Shown here piece after piece: positions 17,330-27,348 of a stretch of DNA of 41,489 nt. Source of the DNA: Methanothrix sp. (GTDB taxonomy: Archaea; Halobacteriota; Methanosarcinia; Methanotrichales; Methanotrichaceae). Both the position numbers and the translations under genes were made by a program. Numbering within the stretch: the first letter of the stretch is position 1; each line of letters begins with the position of its first letter. The stretch spans positions 18,478 to 59,966 of the forward strand of contig DAINAQ010000001.1 in NCBI GenBank assembly GCA_036733325.1, given 5' to 3'. The notes below the pieces were generated by a model. That model searched no databases, was not told the origin of the DNA, and worked only from the letters and a program-made list of their open reading frames with translations.

Positions 17330-19921
17330 TCAGATGAACGGTATGATGGGTATCACGTCGATGGCACAGGCATCCGCTGCGCAGGCGTCCGCTGGGCAGC
17401 AGTTGATGGCGCAGGCGTTGGCGGCACAGGCATCTGCAGGACACGCTCCGATCGACTCCGCCTGAGCCGCACAGGCGCCGGCACCCCCTGCGTCGGCCGG
17501 GCATGCCGCCGCGCCGCAGGCGTCTGCGCCGCATGCCGCCGCCCCACACGCCGCTGCCCCGCAGGCTGCCGCAGCACATGCTGCTGCCCCACAGGCGTCT
17601 GCACCGCAGGCCGCAACTCCTCCAGCAGCCAAACCACATGCTGCAGCGCCACATGCCGCCGCCCCGCTGATATCTGCACCGCAGGCCGCAAGCCCAGAAG
17701 CTGCCGCTATGCAGCCTGAGATGCCCGCAACGTCAGCACCACAGACGGCAACCACAGACGCCGCAAGTCCACATGCTGAGGCCAGCGCCGCCGCGGCACC
17801 ACAGACGGCAGCACCACAGTAGTCCGCCTTGCACGCCTCGGCAGCACAAGCCGCCGCCCCACAAGCCCCCGGGCCGCCTGCTTCGGCTTCTCCTGGGGAG
17901 ACGACCGCGCCGTCGGGCCGGGAGAATAGACCCACTGTCCAGCTCTCCCATTCCTTGAGCCATTCCTTATCGATGGCGCATCTTCCGTCGGGCCAGGCGG
18001 ACATGAATTTGTTGTGATAAGACTTCAGGCCGATGACGTCGCCGGAAGATACGAAGTTCTTATCTTCTGTCTTCCCCGCCCGGACTATGACGAACTGCTC
18101 CCATTCCTTGGTCCAGTCTTTATCGAAGGCGCATCTGCCGTCCGGCCAGGCGGACAGGAATTTGCCGTGGGTCGACTTCAGGCTGATGACATCTCCGTAG
18201 CTGAGATGCGATTGATGCTTGCTTGCACCGGACCGGACGACGGCGTAGTGCTCCCAGGCGTCGTGATAGCCGCGATCGGCTATCATGGAACCGTCCGGCC
18301 TTGTCATGAGATACTTGCCGTGATAGGATCGGAGGGCGATTTTGCTTCCGTACCTTATGGCGTCGTTCGGAATCACAACCCCCATGGCCTTCACCGAGAT
18401 TGAGGAGGTCTTATCGTTGAAGTCGTCTCCAACATAAGATGCATCCTCCAGGAAGGTCTTGGTCCTGCCGTTGAAGTTGGCATGTTCGTAGAGGGTGACG
18501 ATCAGGCCCTGGGGGACCTTAATTGAGCTTATCCTGTCGTTCCCGATGGATAGGTCGCTCATCTTGTAGCTTCCAACCCCGATGACCTGCTTTGCTCCCC
18601 CGAAGTTGGCATGTTCATAAATGGCGGCCACTGGTTCCACCAGTATGGAGGACGTCAGATCGTTGAAGTCGCTGCCCACAAATGATGTGTTCTCGGAGAA
18701 GATCTTTATCCTGCCCCTGAAATTCTCATGTTCGAAGAGCGTGACCCTGATCCCTTCGGGAACCTTCAGAGAGCTCAGGGTGTCATTGCCTATCTTCAGA
18801 TCCTTCATCAGGTAAGATCCGGGACCAAGCTCCTGGCTGCGCCCCTGATAGTTGGCGTGCTCATAGATCGTCGCCCTCTTGTTGTACGTGGACTCGAGCC
18901 TGTTATCACAGACCTCGGCCAGGAGCCACTGCTGGCTGAGAACGGCACCCTCGCTGAGGCTTTGAATGGGGCTCTCAATCGCGCTCACCACCAGCGATGA
19001 GGCTCTGTCGTTGAAGTCCCCGCCGATATAGGCCATATCGCCCGCGACGGTCTTGGTTCTGCCTTGGAATCCGGCGTGTTCATAGAGGGTGACGGTGAGC
19101 CCAGCGGGCACTTTGATGGAGCTCAATTTGTCATTTCCGATTGCTAAGGCTCCCATATCGTACCGACCCACCCCCATGGTCTGGCTCTTTCCCTGATAGT
19201 TGGAATGCTCGTATATGGTTACGGTCTTGCTCTCGTCCACCACGATGATCGATGATGTCTTGTCGTTGAAATCGTTTCCTACATAGGGTGTATCGGTCGT
19301 GTAGGTCCGGCTTGTTCCCCCGAAGTTTGCGTGTTCGAAGAGGATGACCCTCAATCCTCTGGGAACCCTGAGGGAGCTGAGGACGTCGTTTCCTATCGTC
19401 AGCTGGTTGAGGTTGTATTTGCCGATCCCGATCTCCTGGCTCCTCCCCTGATAATTTGCGTGCTCGTATATCACAACCCTGAGCCCTGATTTATCTGCCG
19501 ACGTGTTCAGAACGATCCTGGCTCCCTCGCTCTTCGAGGACCCAGCGACGTCCAGGACCGATCCCTTCGCCCTGGACTCGATCTTGAACTTGCCGTATCC
19601 CAGGTTGTTGAGCTTCCAATGCTGTCCGGCGTTATCCTTCCAGGCGTCGACGATGACCTCTTTATCTCCTCTGAGGGTCAGCGCCTTTCCAGTCATCTTG
19701 GAGATGATTCTATAGAATCCGCTGCTGGCGCCCGTCAGCGGCTCAAGCCTCCACTGCTGTTTTTCGTTCTCCGTCCAGCTCTTCTGGACCAGCTCCACCG
19801 CGTTCCCGTTGAGGCTTGCCACAAGCCCGCTGTTCACGGATGCCATCCAGTATATCTTTCGAGGGTTCTGCCCGGGGAAGTTCGTCGCTCCGTCGATTAC
19901 CGGCTGCACAAGGTACTTCAT
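17330..19921 (-). CDS. 863-aa multidomain protein: ricin-B, four beta-gamma-crystallin domains, fascin-like trefoil, Cys-rich pentapeptide tail (putative giant RiPP precursor 1)
   Basis: AGGAGG RBS at 19933-19938; QQW/QHW; eight (Y/F)EHxxxxG Greek keys with intact NDxxSS Ca-binding motifs; LRSYHGKYL/LKSTHGKFL/LKSYHNKFM repeats; 27 Cys in the tail. Confidence 0.88.
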   Translation of the reverse strand: MKYLVQPVIDGATNFPGQNPRKIYWMASVNSGLVASLNGNAVELVQKSWTENEKQQWRLEPLTGASSGFYRIISKMTGKALTLRGDKEVIVDAWKDNAGQHWKLNNLGYGKFKIESRAKGSVLDVAGSSKSEGARIVLNTSADKSGLRVVIYEHANYQGRSQEIGIGKYNLNQLTIGNDVLSSLRVPRGLRVILFEHANFGGTSRTYTTDTPYVGNDFNDKTSSIIVVDESKTVTIYEHSNYQGKSQTMGVGRYDMGALAIGNDKLSSIKVPAGLTVTLYEHAGFQGRTKTVAGDMAYIGGDFNDRASSLVVSAIESPIQSLSEGAVLSQQWLLAEVCDNRLESTYNKRATIYEHANYQGRSQELGPGSYLMKDLKIGNDTLSSLKVPEGIRVTLFEHENFRGRIKIFSENTSFVGSDFNDLTSSILVEPVAAIYEHANFGGAKQVIGVGSYKMSDLSIGNDRISSIKVPQGLIVTLYEHANFNGRTKTFLEDASYVGDDFNDKTSSISVKAMGVVIPNDAIRYGSKIALRSYHGKYLMTRPDGSMIADRGYHDAWEHYAVVRSGASKHQSHLSYGDVISLKSTHGKFLSAWPDGRCAFDKDWTKEWEQFVIVRAGKTEDKNFVSSGDVIGLKSYHNKFMSAWPDGRCAIDKEWLKEWESWTVGLFSRPDGAVVSPGEAEAGGPGACGAAACAAEACKADYCGAAVCGAAAALASACGLAASVVAVCGADVAGISGCIAAASGLAACGADISGAAACGAAACGLAAGGVAACGADACGAAACAAAACGAAACGAAACGADACGAAACPADAGGAGACAAQAESIGACPADACAANACAINCCPADACAADACAIDVIPIIPFI

Positions 19922-19980
19922 GCCTTTCCGTTCCTCCTAAATTTATAGTGACATTAATAGATCATTTCTGATTCTCGGCA

Positions 19981-21444
19981 TCAGACCTCGAATGGTCTCT
20001 CCTCTCTTGATGGAGGCTCCAAGACCGGAGGATCAGTCAGGGGAATACAGGGCTCAAAAGCGGCCTTTTTTCTCGATTCGGCCGTCAAAAGGGCGTCCTG
20101 GTCGCAGTCGTCAGCCTTGATGAAGCCCATCTTTATCGCCCGGAGGATCAGCATCTCGTTTATGTTGTACCTCCAGCTGATGCAGGGGAGGGCCGAGCCT
20201 TCACCCTTTGCATCGTCAGGATAGAGAAATTTATATGCGCATCCCCCGGCACAGTTGGGGAGTATCTTGCACTCTTTGCATCGTGGGTCTTGGAAGGGGT
20301 TCCAGAAAAGCCATTCTTTGAGCGTCGGATTGTGGTTCAGAGAATCAAGGTCAAATATTGTGCCGACCCGCCGCTCCTCGCTGCCTACCGAGTGCCAGCA
20401 TTTGTGAACGTCGCCGTTTGGCAGCACCACCAGGCCTCGAGGGCGGACCGCGCCGCAGCTGCTCCGGAATCGGGGCGGGTAGGGAAGGACGGTCAGGCCG
20501 AGGTCAAACCCGGAGCTGTAGAGGTCCCTCTCCAGAGAGCCATACTCTCCCTTCAGCATGCAGATATCTGCAATCCCGTGGCAGGCCTCGGTGGTCGCCT
20601 CGACGGGCGCAAAATACAACTTTAAATTTTTCCTATTTCCAAATCCCATCTCCGCCATCTGGTCGATGAGCCTGCGGACGCCTTCTGCGTTCCGAGAGTC
20701 GATGTTCACCCGGATGCTGAGGGCCATGGGAACCTCGTCGACGATGGACTCGATGTTGTGCAGAATCTGATCGAACGTCCCTTTGCCGGATAAGAGGGGT
20801 CTTCGAGAATCGTGATCCTCTCGATGGCCGTCGAGGGTGATCTGGATCGTCTTCACCCTTCGAGCGGAAAGGGATCTCGCCGTCTCGGAGGTGAGGAGAT
20901 AACCGTTAGTGACCATCATGGAGTCGAATTGGATGGAGCAGCCGTCGCAGATTGATATGATCCGGTCCGAGAGATCCTCTATGATATCCAGCTTCAAGAG
21001 CGGCTCGCCGCCGTACCATGCTATATGAAGCCTCTTCAGCTGGGGAGATACCCGGTTTACGAGGGCGACGATCCCGTCCTGTACATCTTTGCCCATCGAC
21101 TCGTTCTTCTTGTCTCCTCCCTGGAAGCAGTAGTCGCAGCCGAAGTTGCAGCCCATGGTGGGTGCGACGGTGAGGATCATGGTGCTCCGATCATATCGGT
21201 GGCGGAAGTACTGCCGGTAGAGAATGCCGATCTCGTCCACGTATCCTGGGAAGATGAATCCTCCGTCCATCAGATCCTTGAGGACCCCATCGTTATCATT
21301 TGGGTACTTTCCATCTCTGACGGATTCGTACGCCTCGAGTTCGGGGGGCTCCCAGAGGGCCATCCCACCATTGAAAGAGTTATAGGCAAGACATCTTTTA
21401 TCTTTGAGCGGTATTATTATGTTGAATCGAGAAACGGTCGGCAT
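19981..21444 (-). CDS. Radical SAM/SPASM peptide or protein maturase
   Basis: CNFGCDYC, WYGGEP, QITLDG; full SPASM CGA...GDVHKC...CKECKILPNCAGGC...C; N-terminal YNSFNG...LMDGGFI resembles an RRE/wHTH. Start could be TTG at 21504. Confidence 0.92.
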   Translation of the reverse strand: MPTVSRFNIIIPLKDKRCLAYNSFNGGMALWEPPELEAYESVRDGKYPNDNDGVLKDLMDGGFIFPGYVDEIGILYRQYFRHRYDRSTMILTVAPTMGCNFGCDYCFQGGDKKNESMGKDVQDGIVALVNRVSPQLKRLHIAWYGGEPLLKLDIIEDLSDRIISICDGCSIQFDSMMVTNGYLLTSETARSLSARRVKTIQITLDGHREDHDSRRPLLSGKGTFDQILHNIESIVDEVPMALSIRVNIDSRNAEGVRRLIDQMAEMGFGNRKNLKLYFAPVEATTEACHGIADICMLKGEYGSLERDLYSSGFDLGLTVLPYPPRFRSSCGAVRPRGLVVLPNGDVHKCWHSVGSEERRVGTIFDLDSLNHNPTLKEWLFWNPFQDPRCKECKILPNCAGGCAYKFLYPDDAKGEGSALPCISWRYNINEMLILRAIKMGFIKADDCDQDALLTAESRKKAAFEPCIPLTDPPVLEPPSREERPFEV

Positions 21445-21692
21445 CGCCCCAACACTTCCAGGAATTTTAACTGAGACAACATCCTGACTTTGAGCGTTTC
21501 TCAACTATTTAAATCTTCTTTTTAGAATTTATTCATAAAATGTTATAATTAAATGCATATCTATTCCTTCGCCTAATGGGCGGATAAAGACGGATAAGAT
21601 GGCCTAAAATTCCATATCGACGACGATTTCTCAAAATCAGAAAGGAAGGGAAAAGGAGGGTGAAGGAGGGAGAGCGGCCTGTGGTGTTTTCT

Positions 21693-22028
<336 letters not shown>

Positions 22029-22062
22029 TCACCACCTCTCGTCGCTATGCGTGCTATGTGCG

Positions 22063-23265
22063 CTATGCGTAAGCCTTCTCTCCGTGCTGGGATATGTCCA
22101 GGCCCACGTACTCCTCGTCCTCGGTCACCCGGAGGCCCATGGTGGCGTCGACGAGCCTGGCCAGAGCGTAGGTCGCAACGAAGGCGTAGACCACCGCCGC
22201 ACCGGCGCCGATCACCTGGGCCACGAACTGGTCGACGTTCCCCTGGAGGAGGCCGGAAGCGCCGCCCACCGCCTCGACGGCGAAGATCCCAGTGGCGATG
22301 GCGCCCCAGAGGCCGCCCACGCCGTGGACCGCCCAGGCGTCCAGGCTCTCGTCAAGCCCCCTCCCCACCCTGAAGAGGAGGGCTTTGTAGCAGAGGACTC
22401 CGGCCACCGCGCCGATGATCAGGGCCGAGATGGCGTCGACGAACCCCGCCGCCGGGGTTATGGCCACCAGCCCCGCGATCCCGCCGCTCACCATCCCCAG
22501 GGCGCTGGGCTTGCCCTTCACCCAGGAGGCGAAGAGCCAGGCCAGGGCCCCGGCGGCCGCGGAGGTGTTCGTCACCACGAAGGCGTTTGCGGCCAGGCCG
22601 TCAGCGGCCAGGGCGGAGCCGGCGTTGAACCCGAACCACCCGAACCAGAGGAGGGCTGCGCCCAGCATGGTCATGGGGATGTTGTGGGGCTCCATGTCCT
22701 GGTCTCCAAACCCGATCCTCTTTCCGATGACCAGGGCGAGAGCGAGGGCGCCGAAGCCGGAGCTGATGTGGACGACCGTCCCTCCGGCGAAGTCCAGGGC
22801 GCCAAGCTGTCCGGCCCAGCCTCCGCCCCAGGCCCAATGGGCCAGGGGATCGTAGACCAGGGTCGTCCAGAGGAGGCCGAAGACTATGAACGAGCCGATC
22901 CTGACCCTCTCGGCGACGGCAGAGGTTATGATCGCAAGGGTGATCCCTGCGAAGACCAGCTGGAAGACCATGAAGAGCAGGCCCGGTATCGTCCCATCCC
23001 CCGCGTCCATCCCCACTCCCCGGAGGCCCAGGAGGTCGAGGCCTCCGATGAAGCCGGCTATGTCCGTCCCGAAGGAGAGGCTGTAGCCCACCAGCACCCA
23101 CTGGACGCTGACCAAGGCCAGGGCCAGAAAGGAGAGGCCGATCATGGAGACGACGTCCTTCTTTCTGACCAGGCCTCCATAGAAGAGCCCGACTCCCGGT
23201 ATCATCAGCATGACCATGGCCGTCGAGACCAGGATCCAGGCCGTATCGCCGCTGTCTAGAACCAT
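22063..23265 (-). CDS. amtB: Ammonium transporter
   Basis: [62 protein letters not shown]. Confidence 0.97.
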   Translation of the reverse strand: MVLDSGDTAWILVSTAMVMLMIPGVGLFYGGLVRKKDVVSMIGLSFLALALVSVQWVLVGYSLSFGTDIAGFIGGLDLLGLRGVGMDAGDGTIPGLLFMVFQLVFAGITLAIITSAVAERVRIGSFIVFGLLWTTLVYDPLAHWAWGGGWAGQLGALDFAGGTVVHISSGFGALALALVIGKRIGFGDQDMEPHNIPMTMLGAALLWFGWFGFNAGSALAADGLAANAFVVTNTSAAAGALAWLFASWVKGKPSALGMVSGGIAGLVAITPAAGFVDAISALIIGAVAGVLCYKALLFRVGRGLDESLDAWAVHGVGGLWGAIATGIFAVEAVGGASGLLQGNVDQFVAQVIGAGAAVVYAFVATYALARLVDATMGLRVTEDEEYVGLDISQHGEKAYA

Positions 23266-23305
23266 AATTCACCACCAATCGTTCTCTTATATCCGCGTCT
23301 TGGAA

Positions 23306-23353
23306 TGATCATCAGCGTGATCATCAGCGTGATCATCAGCGTGATAATCAATG
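23306..23353. repeat. 12-bp tandem repeat (TGATCATCAGCG) x3 plus a variant in the amtB leader
   Basis: Read directly. Confidence 0.9.
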
Positions 23354-23390
23354 CGTCCGACTAACTGCGGAGCAGAATATGGACTGGGGA

Positions 23391-23431
23391 TTTATAAAGA
23401 GATTTGATACAGTTTCATATGGTTTATGAAA
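23391..23431 (-). promoter_or_regulatory. amtB-glnK promoter: TATA box plus upstream inverted repeat
   Basis: TTTATAAA at 23391-23398; TTTCATA-N5-TATGAAA at 23413-23431. Confidence 0.6.
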
Positions 23432-23507
23432 AGAGCTTACGCGATATGCTCCGATCATACGGTTCGAAGAGGTTCAAGCTGACTATATCTTGACTTCTAT
23501 GCCCATT

Positions 23508-24080
23508 TCAAGGGTATATTTTAATCCTGATCTTCGACAGATCCTCTCTCAGCTCCACCCGGCGTCCCATCCTGGAGAATATATCTTCAAGCTCAGTCTT
23601 GACGAACTTCTTAGGAATGTCATATCCCAGAATGAGGGTGAAATCCGTATCGGAGGTCCTGCTCATCTTGAAGAGGTTGCAGGCCTCGAGCCTCCGTAAA
23701 ACCGTCTCCAAATCGTGGTTCTTGTGTATGAACTCCTCGGCGTGGGCCTGAGAAACCCTCTTATGCATCTCCCAGAACTTCTCTCTATCGGGATGCGACT
23801 CGATGAAGCTCAAAAAGAGTATCCAATGGTCCATGTCCAGGATGATATGCTCGCCACCCGAGAGCATCTCCGAGCGGATGTAGATCTTATCAACGTCGAC
23901 GGATTCGAAGAGGGCCTTATGTATGCTGTAGAACTTCAGCGCCGTCCTCATCAGCTTGCTCTGGGATATCCCACCATCCTTCTTCAGATCTCTGAATATG
24001 GCGGCAGATTCGCGGTCGAAGGAGATGGTGACGATGGATTTTTCAGGTGCTCTCTCCGGGGAGCCATCTTCATCGCTCAT
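23508..24080 (-). CDS. Ribbon-helix-helix (CopG-like) transcriptional regulator with C-terminal effector domain
   Basis: IVTISFDRESAAIFRDLKKDGGISQSKLMRTALKFY is a beta-alpha-alpha RHH pattern. Confidence 0.75.
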   Translation of the reverse strand: MSDEDGSPERAPEKSIVTISFDRESAAIFRDLKKDGGISQSKLMRTALKFYSIHKALFESVDVDKIYIRSEMLSGGEHIILDMDHWILFLSFIESHPDREKFWEMHKRVSQAHAEEFIHKNHDLETVLRRLEACNLFKMSRTSDTDFTLILGYDIPKKFVKTELEDIFSRMGRRVELREDLSKIRIKIYP

Positions 24081-24611
24081 GGCCGATTCCCTTGATCAAG
24101 TTCAAGTTCGATCTTGGTATCTGGGAGGAGAACGGCTGCAGATTCCTTGATTCGGATCGGGGTGCTTTCACCCATCCTTGCAAGGTGCTGAAAGGATCGC
24201 CCCCGAGATCTTAGCCTCATCGCATGTCCCATAACTCTCGTGGCTTTTTTTCTTCTCTCGCTTATATGGAAGTATTTGAGATAATTTAATACAAATTATG
24301 AACCGGCTTTCTGATCTGATATCCTCTGAAAAACTCCATTTCAGACATAATTAACGTCTTCATCCAGCAAATTGCTGGCTATTTTTCCAGGAAGCAACCG
24401 ATGTGCAGGATGGTGCAAATTCAATAGATCAAGATCTGAGCTTGGATGGCCAAAACCTCCACCTCTAAAGCTCGACTTAATAGCGATCGATAAGCGGATG
24501 AAGAGCTCAAATGATGTATGGGCGTCCTTGAAGCGGGCTATATATACTTAAAAATCCATAAACTCTGGATGTTGGGATGGGCTACCCAATTTGATTTGAT
24601 GGAGGATTCGT

Positions 24612-25340
24612 ATGATATTTTATCGAATGGCAATTGGGGAGATGTTAGCGGTCGTCGTCTTGACCTGCCTTGCTGGCGTCGCGGTGATGGAGGAGGACGG
24701 GCCGGAGTTCACCGCAGATTTCAGGCTGGAGAACTGCACATTTGAAACTTTGGGCGAGAACCCTTACTTCATACTTCGCCCAGGCTACAGGCTGGTTCTG
24801 GAGGGCGAAGAGGATGGGGAGGAGGTGAGGGTCGAGATCACCGTCCTTGACGAGACGGAAGTCGTACTTCTGGATGGAGTGGGCGAGGTGGAGGCCCGGG
24901 TGGTGGAGGAGAGGGAGTCTGTGGCCGGCGAGGTCGCCGAGATCTCGAGGAACTTCTTTGCCCTCTGCAGCGAGACCAACGACATCTACTACTTCGGCGA
25001 GGATGTGGAGATCTACGAGGAAGGCGAGGCCGTCAGTCACGAGGGAGCCTGGCGGGCGGGTGAGGACGGGGCGAGACCCGGGCTGATGATGCCGGGAACG
25101 TTCCTCTTGGGATCTCGATACTATCAGGAGCAGGCACCTGGGGTGGCCATGGACCGGGGAGAGAATGTGGAAATGGGGCTTGAGGTCGTCACCGAGGCGG
25201 GGACGTTCGCTGACTGCGTGAAGGTGGAAGAGACCACGCCCCTAGAGTCGGAAGAGCTGGGCTACAAGGTCTACAGTCCCGGAGTCGGCATCGTCCAGGA
25301 CGAGGAGCTCCGACTGACGGAGTATGGGAATGTAATCTGA
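24612..25340 (+). CDS. Hypothetical acidic, probably secreted protein
   Basis: Hydrophobic N-terminus; NPYFILRPG, YYFGEDV, GAWRAG, YYQE and KVYSPGVGIV are protein-like motifs; start uncertain. Confidence 0.75.
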   Translation: MIFYRMAIGEMLAVVVLTCLAGVAVMEEDGPEFTADFRLENCTFETLGENPYFILRPGYRLVLEGEEDGEEVRVEITVLDETEVVLLDGVGEVEARVVEERESVAGEVAEISRNFFALCSETNDIYYFGEDVEIYEEGEAVSHEGAWRAGEDGARPGLMMPGTFLLGSRYYQEQAPGVAMDRGENVEMGLEVVTEAGTFADCVKVEETTPLESEELGYKVYSPGVGIVQDEELRLTEYGNVI

Positions 25341-25504
25341 TCAACGAGCTTTGGCGGGCGTTCGCGGCTGGGCTTCGGTTTCAGCCGAAGTCTGGCGAAA
25401 GATCAAAGCTTCCGCCCTCCAATTCCGGATCGAAAAGAAGTCTTAGCCGCGAGGCAGCCTCATCACGGACATATATCGTCGAGTCCATAAAATTTTCTCT
25501 GCCT

Positions 25505-26620
25505 ATGATCGAGACCGAAAAGTCGCCGGATAGAAATCCGATCCTCGCCGAGATCTCAGGATCGATGGGAAACTTCGGGACCGTCCTTCCGATCATCTTT
25601 GGAGCCGCCCTGGTCTCGGAGGTGGATCTGGGTCCCGCCCTCCTCTTCTTCGGCCTCTGGTACATCGTGATGGGGATCCATTACGGGATCCCCATGTCTG
25701 TAGAGCCGATGAAGGCGATCGGCGCCATCGCCATCGCCGAAGAGCTGACTATGGGGGAGATGGCGGCGTCGGGGATCATCCTTGGGGCGCTGCTCCTCTT
25801 TCTGGGAGCTGTGCGAGGATTTGAGCGGCTTCAGGATTTGATCCCGGAGAGCGTCGTCCGCGGGGTCCAGCTGGGGCTCGGGCTCATCCTCCTCAGGACT
25901 TCGTTCGGCTTCGTCAACCAGGACCCCTTCTTCTCTGCGATCTCCATCGGCATCGTCCTCATCTTCCTCGCCACCAAGAGTTGGAGAGGCCTCCCCGACC
26001 TCTCCGTCATCGCTGTATTTGCGATCGGCATCGGATACGGCATCTTTGCCAGAGGCGCACCCGAGATCCAGACTTTATCGATCAACCTTCTCCCCTTCCC
26101 CGATCCGGCCGACTTTTTGTGGTCGGGTTGGCACCTCGTCCTCCCCCAGCTCTCTCTCACCCTCACCAACGCCACGGTGGCGGCGGCCCTCACCGCCCAG
26201 GACCTCTTCAAAAAACGGATCGAACCGGACCGGCTCTGCGTCACCATGGGCGTCATGAACCTCGTCTCCGTCCCCTTTGGGGGATTTCCGATGTGCCATG
26301 GTGCCGGGGGACTGGCAGCACACCACCGTTTCGGCGCGAGGACGGGCCTGGCCACCGTCATCGGTGGGGTCTTTCTCCTCTTGGTGGCCCTATTCTTTGC
26401 AGGCCCTGAGGCGCTGAGTCTCCTGCCCATAGGCCTCTTCGGGGCTCTCCTCCTCTTCGTGGCCCTGGAGCTGGGGAGGTGCGGCCTGGCGACGGAGGCG
26501 CCACTCGTAACCGGGAGCATGGCAGCTTTCGCTCTCTTCACCAACATCGGCCTGGCCTTCATCTTCGGGATCTTGGTGGCGGAGGCTCAAAGACGCAAGA
26601 ATCAGATTCGATCAATATAG
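25505..26620 (+). CDS. MOT1-family molybdate/sulfate transporter
   Basis: EISGSMGNFGT, PMSVEPMKAI, VVRGVQLGLG, PMCHGAGGLAAHHRFGAR; many TM segments. Confidence 0.9.
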   Translation: MIETEKSPDRNPILAEISGSMGNFGTVLPIIFGAALVSEVDLGPALLFFGLWYIVMGIHYGIPMSVEPMKAIGAIAIAEELTMGEMAASGIILGALLLFLGAVRGFERLQDLIPESVVRGVQLGLGLILLRTSFGFVNQDPFFSAISIGIVLIFLATKSWRGLPDLSVIAVFAIGIGYGIFARGAPEIQTLSINLLPFPDPADFLWSGWHLVLPQLSLTLTNATVAAALTAQDLFKKRIEPDRLCVTMGVMNLVSVPFGGFPMCHGAGGLAAHHRFGARTGLATVIGGVFLLLVALFFAGPEALSLLPIGLFGALLLFVALELGRCGLATEAPLVTGSMAAFALFTNIGLAFIFGILVAEAQRRKNQIRSI

Positions 26621-26655
26621 AAATGAAGCGCAGCTCGTGGGGACAAAAAGTGCCC

Positions 26656-26830
26656 TTAAACGCCGCAGTGCCTCTCCCGCAGCACCGTCTCTCCTTCGTA
26701 GATGCTCCTCCGGGTGAACCTCTTCTCCGCCGCGAGCCAGGAGTACTTCTCCTTCTGGTAGACGTTCATAGGTCCGCCCATGATCACCAGCCAGTCGAAA
26801 ATTGCCCGATCCGGGAGGGGTTCTCTATGA
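26656..26830 (-). pseudogene. Fragment of a class I glutamine amidotransferase
   Basis: FDWLVIMGGPMNVYQKEKYSWLAAEKRF is a recognisable GATase segment; the N-terminus and the LGxCxG catalytic motif are missing. Confidence 0.75.
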
Positions 26831-26916
26831 TAATAGGAGGGTCTTCGAGACCCTGTACCACCTCTCCTGGTCCCGGTCATCCATCATCACCATATCCTCG
26901 AAGCCTCGCTCCGGGA

Positions 26917-27306
26917 TCAGGACAGCACAAGGCCTCGAAGCTTCCGTATCTTGGCCATCGCCACCGCATGCTCCATCTGCTTTTCGTCCTCGATCCGCCT
27001 TATGATATCGCTCAGGGGCGCCTTCAGGGAATATAACGCCGGAGGTCGACCTTTTCCCCGGATATCACCCCTCCTCTCCTCGATAAGTTCTTCGCCGCGG
27101 AGATCCCGGATCTTCGTGCTGACCTCGGACTGGCTCAGAGACGTCCCCTCCTCGATCTCTCTGGAAGTGGCCTCTCCGGCGTTTGCCAGATACGCGATGA
27201 TCATGGCCTCTGACCTCTGCATGCCCAGGCTCTGTAGGATGAGTGCGAACTCTTCGCCGTCCTGCTTTTCGAACGTTCTCTCCGTCATTTCGACCATCCC
27301 GATCAT
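26917..27306 (-). CDS. HTH transcriptional regulator (TrmB/ArsR-like, methanogen type)
   Basis: LQSLGMQRSEA..IAYL..ATSREIEEGTSLSQSEVS...KGRPPALYSL. Confidence 0.85.
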   Translation of the reverse strand: MIGMVEMTERTFEKQDGEEFALILQSLGMQRSEAMIIAYLANAGEATSREIEEGTSLSQSEVSTKIRDLRGEELIEERRGDIRGKGRPPALYSLKAPLSDIIRRIEDEKQMEHAVAMAKIRKLRGLVLS

Positions 27307-27348
27307 GTTTCAAGTATGGTGAGGGAGGGCGGAAAAGAGCAGAATTCA

